A stretch of 38,198 bases of DNA, taken from Bifidobacteriaceae bacterium (lineage in GTDB: Bacteria; Actinomycetota; Actinomycetes; Actinomycetales; WQXJ01). Shown one piece after another: positions 16,466-24,821 of the stretch (the first letter of the stretch is position 1; each line of letters starts with the position of its first letter). Under the pieces are notes generated by a model. That model did no database searches, had not been told where the DNA came from, and was given only the letters and a program-made list of their open reading frames with translations. The stretch lies in the NCBI GenBank assembly GCA_031257375.1, contig JAIROU010000281.1:1-38198 (forward strand). Reading direction: 5' to 3'. The position numbers and the translations under genes are program-made.

Positions 16466-17503
16466 ATGTCTTTGTTCAAGCGCGGGTGGGAGAGCAAGGA
16501 TCGCGGCAAGCGGGAGGCGGCGGTGGCCAAGCTGACCGACCAAAGGCTCCTGGTCGAGTTGGCGTTGAACGGCCAGTTTTGGGATGTTCGCGCTGCGGCC
16601 GCCCGCAAGGTGGTCGATCCCGCCGCCCTCGCGCACATCATCCAGAACGATCCGGATTCGGACGTTCGCGCTGCGGCTTTCACCAACCTGGGTGACGCCA
16701 ATGTGCTGGCGGGCCTGGCGGCCAACGCCCGGGCCGAGGTTCGCAAGGCGGCGGTGGACAAGCTGACAGATCAAAGGATCCTGGTCGACCTGGCGTTGCG
16801 CAGCGAGTTTTTGGACGTTCGCTGGGATGCCGTGTACAAAGTGAAAGAGCCGACCGCGATGGCGCACATCATCGAGAACACCTCGGTGCCGGCCATTCGA
16901 GACGCGGTTTTCGACAGACTTAGCGACCTCGACGTCCTGCTCGGCCTGGCGACGAGCGCCAACGCCGAGGTTCGCCACGGCGCCGTGAGAAGCCTGAAAG
17001 ACCAAGAGGTTCGGGCGGATCTGGCGTTGACCAGCGAGTTTCCCGATGTCCGCGAGGTGGCGGCTGGCGTTGTGTACGAACCTGCCCTGCGGGCGCGCAT
17101 CATCGAGAACACGTCGGAGCCGGCCGTGCGCGACGCGGCTTTCGACGGGCTTCGCGATCTCGATGTCCTAGCCAACCTGGCGACGAGCGCCGACGCCGAA
17201 GTCCGCGACGAGGCCGTGCGACGGCGGGCCGCCCTGGTGGAAGAGCGCGAGGCAAAGCGGGTGGCGGCCGAAGAGCGGCCCAGCGTGGTCGCGCAAGCCG
17301 TCAGCGACCTGTTGCGGCTATTCGGTGACGATCCAGGGCCGGAAGACTTCAGGGAGCAGGTCCGGGCGATCGGCGAAATGCTTGACGAGCGCTACAGCAT
17401 GTCGGGAATGCGGGAGGTGGGCATGGCATTCGCCGCGAAGATGCCGCAGGACGCGCGGTGGCTGGAAACGATGTGGGACGGGATCGGCTACTGGATGGGA
17501 TAG
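16466..17503 (+). CDS. HEAT-like repeat protein (three 77-aa units) with unassigned C-terminal domain
   Basis: 345 aa with an AGGGAGGG RBS. Residues 22-98, 99-175 and 176-252 are clear repeats (KLTDQRxLVxLAL..F.DVR...KV.EP.A.AHIIEN.S.PA.RDA.F..L.DLDVL..LA.SA.AEVR). The C-terminal ~70 aa ends ...ARWLETMWDGIGYWMG. Confidence 0.75.
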   Translation: MSLFKRGWESKDRGKREAAVAKLTDQRLLVELALNGQFWDVRAAAARKVVDPAALAHIIQNDPDSDVRAAAFTNLGDANVLAGLAANARAEVRKAAVDKLTDQRILVDLALRSEFLDVRWDAVYKVKEPTAMAHIIENTSVPAIRDAVFDRLSDLDVLLGLATSANAEVRHGAVRSLKDQEVRADLALTSEFPDVREVAAGVVYEPALRARIIENTSEPAVRDAAFDGLRDLDVLANLATSADAEVRDEAVRRRAALVEEREAKRVAAEERPSVVAQAVSDLLRLFGDDPGPEDFREQVRAIGEMLDERYSMSGMREVGMAFAAKMPQDARWLETMWDGIGYWMG

Positions 17504-17550
17504 CACGGCGCTCGGGCGGTTCCGCGCCCGAAAGCTGAGTGGCGCTCAAA

Positions 17551-17569
17551 CACGGCGCCAGGCGCCGTG
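17551..17569. terminator. 19-bp perfect palindrome / GC-rich stem-loop between the HEAT gene and the ATPase gene
   Basis: cacggcgcc-a-ggcgccgtg. It is flanked by two more stem-loops (tcgggcg...cgcccga at ~17512..17531; ggccggg...cccggcc at ~17573..17592). There is no clear U-tract. Confidence 0.3.
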
Positions 17570-17618
17570 GTTGGCCGGGCCGCCGCCCGGCCGACTCCGA
17601 CGCGCTGCCTGCCGGAGG

Positions 17619-17693
17619 CCCGAAATTGTTAGCGTAGAAGCACTGGGATCATTAGCGTAGCGACCCCGAAATTGTTAGCGTAGGAGCGCTGGG
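17619..17693. promoter_or_regulatory. 29-bp direct repeat x2 with three phased TTAGCGTAG cores (operator-like array)
   Basis: cccgaaattgttagcgtagRagcRctggg at 17619..17647 and 17665..17693 (27/29 identical). TTAGCGTAG occurs at 17629, 17652 and 17675 (exact 23-bp spacing). The array ends about 27 nt before the GTG at 17711. Confidence 0.6.
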
Positions 17694-17710
17694 GCTGCTA
17701 GTTTGGTGGT

Positions 17711-18988
17711 GTGGGAGCGGACTATGTCAGGCGTCTGGCTGACGATCTGCTGGACGGCTTCTTGGTTGAGGCTCCGGCCGTGGCGCTGGCGGGACCCAAG
17801 GCGGTCGGCAAAACGGCCACGGCCGCGCGGCGCGCGCGGACTGTGTTCGAGTTGGACGATTCATTGGCGCGCGAGGCCTTTCTGAACGCCGCCCGGCCGC
17901 TGGAGGACGCCGCCGGGCCGATTCTGATAGACGAGTGGCAACATGTGCCGGACACGTGGAACCAAGTCCGCCGACTGGTCGACCGGGGCGCGGCGGCCGG
18001 TCGCTTTCTGCTGGCGGGCAGCGCCGAGCCGAGGGGCGCCGCGATCCACTCCGGGGCGGGCCGAATCCTCTCGCTCCGCCTGCGGCCGCTGTCGTTGGCC
18101 GAACGACAACTGGGTGAGCCGGTGGTGAGCTTGGGCGCCGCCCTCGGCGGCGGCGTCGGCGCGGTCGAGGGAGCGACCGACGTGACTTACGCGGATTACG
18201 CGCGGGAAATAGTGGCCTCGGGCTTTCCGGGGATCCGGCGCTACTCGGCGGGCCTGCGGGTGCGGTACCTCGATACCTATGTGACCAACGCCATCGGGCG
18301 CGAATTCGCGGAACAGGGGCTGATGGTCCGTCGGCCCGAGGCGTTGCGCGCCTGGCTGCGGGCCTACGCGGCCGCCACCGGCACCACGGCCAGCTACAGC
18401 GGCATCGTCAACGCGGCCACGCCGGGCCAGGGGGACAAACCGGCGGCCTCCACGACCATCGCCTACCGGGAAGTCCTGCAGAGCTTGTGGCTGCTTGACG
18501 AAGTGGCCCCCTGGGACGCGGCCGGAGGGTCGCTGAAACGGCTGGCCGGGACTCCGAAACACTTCCTGGCCGACCCGGCGCTGGCCGCGCGCCTGCTCGG
18601 CCTGGACGAGGCGGCGCTGGTCGGCGGCGCCGAGGAGCGGGCCTTCGGCCCGGTCTACGGGTCGATCGCCGGGCGACTGTTCGAGGCCCTGCTGGCGCTC
18701 AGCTTGCAGACCTACGCCGACGCGAACGACGCGCGCCTGAGCCACTTGCGCACCCAAGACGGGGCGCACGAGGTCGACTTCATCGTGGAGCGCGGCCAGG
18801 CGGTCGTGGCCGTCGAGGTTAAGCTCTCGCGCGCGGTCCGAGACCATGACGTGCGCCATTTGGTGTGGCTGCGCGAGCGGCTGGGAGAGCGGGTGGCCGA
18901 GTTGATCATCGTCACCACCGGCCCGACCGCCTATCGCCGCCGCCAAGACGGGGTCCTGGTTGTGCCGGCGGCGCTGCTCGGCGCCTGA
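17711..18988 (+). CDS. ATP-binding protein, AAA_14 + DUF4143 architecture
   Basis: 425 aa. N-terminus YVRRLADDLLDGFL...VALAGPKAVGKTATA (Walker A), ILIDEWQHVP (Walker B), and a C-terminal DUF4143-like region ending ...HEVDFIVERGQAVVAVEVKLS.... Confidence 0.85.
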   Translation: MGADYVRRLADDLLDGFLVEAPAVALAGPKAVGKTATAARRARTVFELDDSLAREAFLNAARPLEDAAGPILIDEWQHVPDTWNQVRRLVDRGAAAGRFLLAGSAEPRGAAIHSGAGRILSLRLRPLSLAERQLGEPVVSLGAALGGGVGAVEGATDVTYADYAREIVASGFPGIRRYSAGLRVRYLDTYVTNAIGREFAEQGLMVRRPEALRAWLRAYAAATGTTASYSGIVNAATPGQGDKPAASTTIAYREVLQSLWLLDEVAPWDAAGGSLKRLAGTPKHFLADPALAARLLGLDEAALVGGAEERAFGPVYGSIAGRLFEALLALSLQTYADANDARLSHLRTQDGAHEVDFIVERGQAVVAVEVKLSRAVRDHDVRHLVWLRERLGERVAELIIVTTGPTAYRRRQDGVLVVPAALLGA

Positions 18989-19167
18989 CGGGGCGGCGCT
19001 GCGCCCCAAAACCGGGCTGTAACCAGACGTTCAACTGGGGTTGGCGGTGCTGACACCGTCGCAACAGTCGGTTCACTCCGGGGAAACGTCCGGCGGGTGT
19101 GATGGAATGAGCACGGTTCGCCGTGCCGCGAACCCCGAGAATCACCCGACCTGCCCAAGGAGGCTCG

Positions 19168-20598
19168 ATGGCTGCCGCGTTGACCTTCGAGAACTTCATC
19201 GACGGTCAGTCCCGCGAAGCCGGGGCCTACGCCGACATCATCGAGCCCGCCACGGGCCAGGCCTACGCCCAGGCCCCAGTCTCCAGCGCCGAGGAGGTCG
19301 AAGCCGCCCTCCAGGCCGCCCGCCGGGCCTTCGGCGCCTGGAAAAGGACCACCCCGGGCGAGCGCCAGGCCGCCTTGTTGAAGATCGCGGACGCGCTGGA
19401 GCGGCGGGCCGAGGAGTTCAACCAGGCCGAATGCCGGGACACCGGCAAGCCGCTGGCCGTCACCCGGACCGAGGAACTGCCGCTCTGGATCGACCATCTG
19501 CGGTTCTTCGCCGGGGCCGCCAGGCTGCTCGAGGGCCTGGCCTCGGGGGAGTACTTGGCCGGCTTCAATTCGGCCATAAGGCGCGAGCCGGTCGGCGTCT
19601 GCGCCCAGGTCGCGCCCTGGAATTATCCGCTCTGCATGGCGATCTGGAAGATCGGCCCGGCCTTGGCGGCCGGGAACACGGTGGTCCTGAAACCGTCCGA
19701 GTCGACCCCGGCCACCACCGTCAAGTTGGCCGAACTGGCCGCCGAGTTCTTGCCCCCCGGCGTCCTCAACGTGGTCTGCGGCGACCGGGACACCGGCCGG
19801 GCGCTGGTCGGCTCCCCGATCGCGGACATGGTCTCAATCACCGGCTCGGAGCGGGCCGGGGCCGAGGTGGCGGCCGCCGCCGCGCCCGGCATCAAACGGG
19901 TCCACCTGGAGTTGGGCGGCAAGGCCCCGGCGGTCGTCTTGGAGGATGCCGACCTGGCGGCCGCCGCGACCGGGATCGCCGCCGGCGCCTTCTTCAACGC
20001 CGGCCAGGACTGCACCGCCGCCGCCCGCGCCCTGGTCCACGAATCGGTCGCGCCCGAGTTCACCAAGCTGTTGGTCGAGGCCGCCGCCGCCACCCGGGTC
20101 GGCGCCCCGGAGGAAGACGTCGACTTCGGGGCCATCGCCTCCCAGGCGCAGTTGGACAAGGTGCTCGGCTTCATCGACCGCCTGCCCGGCCGCGCCCGGG
20201 TGCTGACCGGCGGGCGCCGCATCGACCGGCCGGGCTATTTCATGGCCCCGACCGTGGTGGACGGCCTGCGCCAAGACGACGAGATGGTCCAGCAGGAGGT
20301 TTTCGGCCCGGTCATCACGGTCCAGACTTTCAGCGACGATGCCGCCGCCCTCGCCATGGCCAACGGCGTCCGTTACGGTTTGGGCTCGTCGGTGTGGACG
20401 GCCAGCCACGCGCGGGCTTTGCGCTTCGCGCGCGACCTCGACTTCGGCGTGGTCTGGATCAACACGCACATCCCGTTCTTGTCCGAGATGCCCCACGGCG
20501 GCTTCAAACATTCCGGCTACGGCAAGGACCTGTCGATTTACGCGCTGGAGGATTACACCCGCGTCAAACACGTCATGTCGAACCTCGAGGGGGCCTAG
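19168..20598 (+). CDS. patD: gamma-aminobutyraldehyde dehydrogenase-like NAD-dependent aldehyde dehydrogenase
   Basis: Start taken at the ATG at 19168 (AAGGAGG RBS); the track ORF starts at 19123. Strong block similarity, from memory, to E. coli PatD/YdcW: FFAGAAR, APWNYPL, VVLKPSE, ELGGKAP, NAGQDCTAA, SEMPHGGFKHSGYGKDLSIYALEDYTRVKHVM. Confidence 0.85.
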   Translation: MAAALTFENFIDGQSREAGAYADIIEPATGQAYAQAPVSSAEEVEAALQAARRAFGAWKRTTPGERQAALLKIADALERRAEEFNQAECRDTGKPLAVTRTEELPLWIDHLRFFAGAARLLEGLASGEYLAGFNSAIRREPVGVCAQVAPWNYPLCMAIWKIGPALAAGNTVVLKPSESTPATTVKLAELAAEFLPPGVLNVVCGDRDTGRALVGSPIADMVSITGSERAGAEVAAAAAPGIKRVHLELGGKAPAVVLEDADLAAAATGIAAGAFFNAGQDCTAAARALVHESVAPEFTKLLVEAAAATRVGAPEEDVDFGAIASQAQLDKVLGFIDRLPGRARVLTGGRRIDRPGYFMAPTVVDGLRQDDEMVQQEVFGPVITVQTFSDDAAALAMANGVRYGLGSSVWTASHARALRFARDLDFGVVWINTHIPFLSEMPHGGFKHSGYGKDLSIYALEDYTRVKHVMSNLEGA

Positions 20599-20599
20599 T

Positions 20600-21694
20600 A
20601 TGGCCGTCCCGCGTCGCGAGGCCGGGCTTTGCGTCACCGGCGCCTACAAGACCTTCCGCTCGGCCGAGGGCGGCGAGGTCCACGCCCTCTACGACGTCTC
20701 CTTGGACATCGAATTGGGCGAGTTCTACGTCCTGCTGGGGCCGTCCGGCTGCGGCAAGACCACCCTGCTGCGCGCCATCGCCGGCCTGGAGCCGCTCGAC
20801 GGCGGCGAGATCTACCTGGGCGCCGACCGGATCGACCAGTTGGCGCCATACAAGCGGCCGGTCAACACCGTCTTCCAAAGCTACGCCCTGTTCCCGCACC
20901 TGAGCGTGTGGGAGAACATCGCCTTCGGCCTGAGGATGGAGAAGATGCCGAAGCCGGCCATCGCCGCGCGGGTCGAGGAAATGCTGGCCCTGGTGCAGTT
21001 GAGCGAGGTGCCGGGGCGGCGCCCGTCCCAGTTGTCCGGCGGGCAGCAGCAGCGCGTCGCGCTGGCCCGCGCGCTGGCCAAACAGCCCCAGGTGCTCCTG
21101 CTGGACGAGCCGCTCTCCGCCCTCGACCTGAAACTGCGCCGGGGCATGCAGGGGGAGCTCAAACGCATCCAGCGGGAGACCGGCATCACCTTCGTCTTCG
21201 TCACCCACGACCAAGAAGAAGCCCTCTCGATGGGCGACCGGATCGCCGTCTTCACCGACGGCCGCCCGGCCCAGATCGGCACGCCTAAGGACATTTACGA
21301 GCGCCCGGTCTCCCGCTTCGTGGCCGATTTCATCGGCGAGACCAACTTCGTCGAAACCGAGTTGCGCCCGCCGCCGGACGCGTTGACGGCTGTGGTTGGC
21401 GGTGTTGAGATCGAGGTCTCGGCCGCTCGGGGGGCGGTCGCGGCCGGACCGGCGACACTCGCGATCCGGCCTGAGAACATCACTTTGACCAGCCCGGACG
21501 CATCTGAATTGGGCGGACGGCTGGTCGAGTTGACCTATATGGGGACCGATCTGCGGTGCGTGGTCGAATTGGCCGACGGCCATCGGCTGAGGGTGCGGGT
21601 GCCGCCGCCGTTCGGCGGGACGCATCTGGCGCCGGGCGGCGCCGTGGGCGTCAGAATCGCCCCCGGCCTGGCCAAGGTGGTGTCGGAGTCGTGA
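20600..21694 (+). CDS. potA: spermidine/putrescine-type ABC transporter ATP-binding protein
   Basis: 364 aa from the ATG at 20600. Walker A GPSGCGKTTLL, signature LSGGQQQRVALARAL, Walker B LLLDEPLSALD, and a C-terminal TOBE-like domain. Confidence 0.88.
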   Translation: MAVPRREAGLCVTGAYKTFRSAEGGEVHALYDVSLDIELGEFYVLLGPSGCGKTTLLRAIAGLEPLDGGEIYLGADRIDQLAPYKRPVNTVFQSYALFPHLSVWENIAFGLRMEKMPKPAIAARVEEMLALVQLSEVPGRRPSQLSGGQQQRVALARALAKQPQVLLLDEPLSALDLKLRRGMQGELKRIQRETGITFVFVTHDQEEALSMGDRIAVFTDGRPAQIGTPKDIYERPVSRFVADFIGETNFVETELRPPPDALTAVVGGVEIEVSAARGAVAAGPATLAIRPENITLTSPDASELGGRLVELTYMGTDLRCVVELADGHRLRVRVPPPFGGTHLAPGGAVGVRIAPGLAKVVSES

Positions 21695-22623
21695 CCAAGG
21701 CCGGCTGGCGCGGACTGCTGGGAGCGACCGGCAAGGCCCGGCCGGGCCAGTTGTCGGTCGGCTTCGCCGTCCCAGCCATCTTGGTGGGCCTGGTCTTCAC
21801 GCTCGGGCCGGTCATCGTGATCGGCGTCTTCTCCTTCCTGTCCCAGCCCGAGACCGGCGGCGGCGTGGTCTACCAGTTCTCGCCCGAGGCCTACCGGCAC
21901 TTTCTGCTCCAAGAGGACTTCCTCGGCAACACCCACCTGGATCTGCGCTATCTGCGCTCGTTCGGCCTGTCCGCCTTCCAGGCCCTGGCCACGACCGCGG
22001 TCTGCATCGGCCTGGCCTTCCCGATCGCGCTCTGGATGACCACCAAGACGCCGCGCGCCCAGAACTTCCTGGTCCTCGTGGTGACCATCCCGTTCTGGAC
22101 GAACCTGCTGGTCAGGACCTACGCCTGGATTCTGCTGCTGAGCGACAAGGGGACCGTCAACTCGGTCCTGGAGGTGATCGGCCTAGAGCCGCGCCAACTC
22201 CTTTACAACTCCGGCGCCACCCTGGTCGGCCTGATCTACACCTTCCTGCCGTTCGCCATCCTGCCGATCTACTCGGCCCTGGCCGGCTTCGATTTCGCCC
22301 TCGCCGAAGCCGCCTACGACTTGGGCGCCCGCAAACTGGGCGTCGTCCGCCGCGTCATCTGGCCGGCCGCCTCCGGCGGCGTTATGTCAGCCATCGCGCT
22401 CTGCTTCGTGCCCGCCTTCGGCTCGTTCGTCCAACCGGTCCTGCTCGGCGGCGGCAAGGTCATGATGGTCGGCAACCTGATCGCCGCCCAGTACGGCGAG
22501 GCCCGCAACTGGCCGTTCGGCGCCGCGCTCAGCGTCATCATCTTGGCCCTGACCCTGCTCGGGGCCTTCGCGCTGCTGCGCTGGGCCAAGCGCTCGTCCC
22601 AGAAAGTGAGCCTGGCGATATGA
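21691..22623 (+). CDS. potB: ABC transporter permease (PotB-like)
   Basis: GTG at 21691 overlaps the potA stop (GTGA). Multi-pass membrane protein with the EAA loop EAAYDLGARKLGVVRRVIWP. Confidence 0.82.
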   Translation: MTKAGWRGLLGATGKARPGQLSVGFAVPAILVGLVFTLGPVIVIGVFSFLSQPETGGGVVYQFSPEAYRHFLLQEDFLGNTHLDLRYLRSFGLSAFQALATTAVCIGLAFPIALWMTTKTPRAQNFLVLVVTIPFWTNLLVRTYAWILLLSDKGTVNSVLEVIGLEPRQLLYNSGATLVGLIYTFLPFAILPIYSALAGFDFALAEAAYDLGARKLGVVRRVIWPAASGGVMSAIALCFVPAFGSFVQPVLLGGGKVMMVGNLIAAQYGEARNWPFGAALSVIILALTLLGAFALLRWAKRSSQKVSLAI

Positions 22624-23618
22624 CCACCGCCGATGCCGCCCGCCCGGCCGCCGATGCCGCGCCCGCCGCCGATGCCGCCCGCCCAGTTCCCGATGCCGCG
22701 CCCGCCGCCCCAGCCGCGCCGAGCGCCGGCGACGTGGCGGCGCCGGGCGGGCTGACGGCATCGGACGCCGAACCGGAGCCCAAACCGGTCCCGCGCCTGA
22801 TGCGCGGGTCGATCCCGCAGGCCCTGCTGCTGAACCGCTTCGGCGGGCTGGGCACCATCTCGGTGGTCTCGCTGGCCTTCTTGTACCTGCCGATGCTGAT
22901 CGTGGTGGCGTACTCGTTCAACGGCGGCAACCAGGCGCTGATCTGGCAGGGATTCTCCTGGCGCTGGTACGCCAGGGTCTTCACGGACGCCTCGATCATC
23001 TCCGCCACCAAGGTGTCCTTGCAGGTGGCGGCCATCGCCACAGTCGCGTCGACGATCCTGGCGGTGCTCTACGTGCTGGCCATGGACCGGTTGTCGCGGG
23101 CCGGGTCGGCGGTCTCGACGGCCATCCTGGCCGCCCCGATCGTGGTGCCGGAGGTCGTCATGGGCGTGGCCACGCTGGCCTTCATCCGGCTGATCGGGCT
23201 GTCGCCGGGGTTCGTGCCGTTGGTCCTGGCGCACACGTCCTTCTGCGTGCCGTTCGCCATGATGAACATTCGCGCCCGCTACAGCGGGCTGAACCCGGCC
23301 TATTTCGAATCGGCGGCCGACCTGGGCGCGCCGCACTGGACCGTCATCCGGCGGATCATGCTGCCGCTGCTGATGCCGGGGATCATCTCGGGCGCGCTGC
23401 TGGCCTTCGTCGTCTCGATGGACGACTTCATGATCTCGAACTTCCTCGCCTCGGCCGGCTCCACCACACTGCCGATCTACATCTTCGGGCTGATCCGCAA
23501 AGGGGTCAACCCATCGGTCAACGTGGTCGCCACCCTGCTGCTGATCCTGGCGGTGGTGGTGACCACGGCGGCCACCTTGCTGACCCACCGCCAGGCCAAG
23601 GAAAGGCAACACCGATGA
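22620..23618 (+). CDS. potC: ABC transporter permease (PotC-like) with Ala/Asp/Pro-rich N-terminal extension
   Basis: ATGA overlap with potB. EAA loop ESAADLGAPHWTVIRRIMLP. The first ~60 aa are low-complexity. An alternative start would be Met61 (MRGSIPQ). Confidence 0.8.
   Translation: MTTADAARPAADAAPAADAARPVPDAAPAAPAAPSAGDVAAPGGLTASDAEPEPKPVPRLMRGSIPQALLLNRFGGLGTISVVSLAFLYLPMLIVVAYSFNGGNQALIWQGFSWRWYARVFTDASIISATKVSLQVAAIATVASTILAVLYVLAMDRLSRAGSAVSTAILAAPIVVPEVVMGVATLAFIRLIGLSPGFVPLVLAHTSFCVPFAMMNIRARYSGLNPAYFESAADLGAPHWTVIRRIMLPLLMPGIISGALLAFVVSMDDFMISNFLASAGSTTLPIYIFGLIRKGVNPSVNVVATLLLILAVVVTTAATLLTHRQAKERQHR
22631..22708 (+). repeat. in-frame 39-bp tandem duplication in the potC 5' region
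   Basis: cgatgccgcccgccc-ggccgc-cgatgccgcgcccgccgc followed by cgatgccgcccgccc-agttcc-cgatgccgcgcccgccgc, encoding DAARPAADAAPAA / DAARPVPDAAPAA. Confidence 0.85.
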
Positions 23619-24763
23619 AACCAAACCACCAACCAGTCAACCGGCGCCGGCCGGCGCGGGCGTTCGCATCCGCCGCCGCGGTCCTTTGCCTGGCGGCGGG
23701 CCTGGCCGCCTGCGGCGGCGGCCTGTCCGGCACGCCCGAGCCGAAGGGCGGCGATTCCGCCGGGACGGGGGAGTTCACCCCGGCCACGTCCGGCCGGGTG
23801 ACCATCTACACCTGGGCCGACTATTTCCCGACCGAGATGCTGACGCGGTTCACCGAGGAGACCGGCGTCGAGGCGACCATCGACTTCTTCGCCTCGAACG
23901 AGGAGTTGCTGACCAAACTGGAGGCGACCGGCGGGACCGGCTATGACGTGGTGGTGCCGAGCGACTACGCCGTCGAGATGATGATCGAGCGCGGGCTGGC
24001 CCTCAAGATCGACGTCATGGGCCTGCCCAACGCGGCCAACATCGCCGATTCCGCGCTGCACCCCTATTACGACCCGGAGCGGGAGTATTCGGCCCCGTTC
24101 ATGTACGGCACGACCGGCTTCGCCTACAACGCCGCCCTGCTGGCCGAGGGCCAGGAGCCACCCCAGTCCTGGCACGACTTCTTCACCTGGGAGGCCCCCT
24201 TCGCCGGCAAGATCGGCATGTTGAACGACGAGTTCGACGGCGTCAACGCCGCCCTCAGGGCGGTCGGCGCCGAGCCTTGCACCACCGACCCGGACGACTT
24301 GCAGGCCGCCCTCGACCTGCTGTTGGACTTCAAGGCGCGGGTCAACACGATCAGCTCGGACGCCGTGCCGGACCGGCTCGGCACCGGCCAGAACTCGATG
24401 GCGATGATTTGGAACGGCGACACCCACCGGGCCTGGGTGATCGACAACGCCATCACCTACGTCTACGCCGCCGAGGGCCTGTCGGTCTTCGAAGACAACT
24501 GGGTGGTCCCGTCCGGGGCTGAGAACGTGGACCAGGCCAAGACCTTCATCAACTGGATGCTCGACCCTAAGAACGCCGCCGAGGCCGGCGACTACGTCGG
24601 CTTCAACGCCCAGATCGACGGGGTCTTCGAGTATCTGGACCCGGAGATGCGATCCGACCCGGCCGTGGTCCCGCCGGATGACGCGATCCTGGAACTGGTC
24701 CAGGCCTGCGACAACGAGACCATGAACAAGTACTCCCAGATTTGGGAGAGCTTCCGCCAATGA
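23615..24763 (+). CDS. potD: polyamine-type ABC substrate-binding lipoprotein (PotD/PotF-like), copy 1
   Basis: 382 aa with ATGA overlap with potC. Signal peptide with lipobox LAAC. Motifs YTWADYFP, GYDVVVPSDY and MIWNGD are typical of PotD/PotF family binding proteins. Confidence 0.85.
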   Translation: MKPNHQPVNRRRPARAFASAAAVLCLAAGLAACGGGLSGTPEPKGGDSAGTGEFTPATSGRVTIYTWADYFPTEMLTRFTEETGVEATIDFFASNEELLTKLEATGGTGYDVVVPSDYAVEMMIERGLALKIDVMGLPNAANIADSALHPYYDPEREYSAPFMYGTTGFAYNAALLAEGQEPPQSWHDFFTWEAPFAGKIGMLNDEFDGVNAALRAVGAEPCTTDPDDLQAALDLLLDFKARVNTISSDAVPDRLGTGQNSMAMIWNGDTHRAWVIDNAITYVYAAEGLSVFEDNWVVPSGAENVDQAKTFINWMLDPKNAAEAGDYVGFNAQIDGVFEYLDPEMRSDPAVVPPDDAILELVQACDNETMNKYSQIWESFRQ

Positions 24764-24821
24764 CCGCCCCCGACCCCGCCCCCGCGCCCAACCGACCTCA
24801 GCCACGAAGGAGCCTGCCCCG

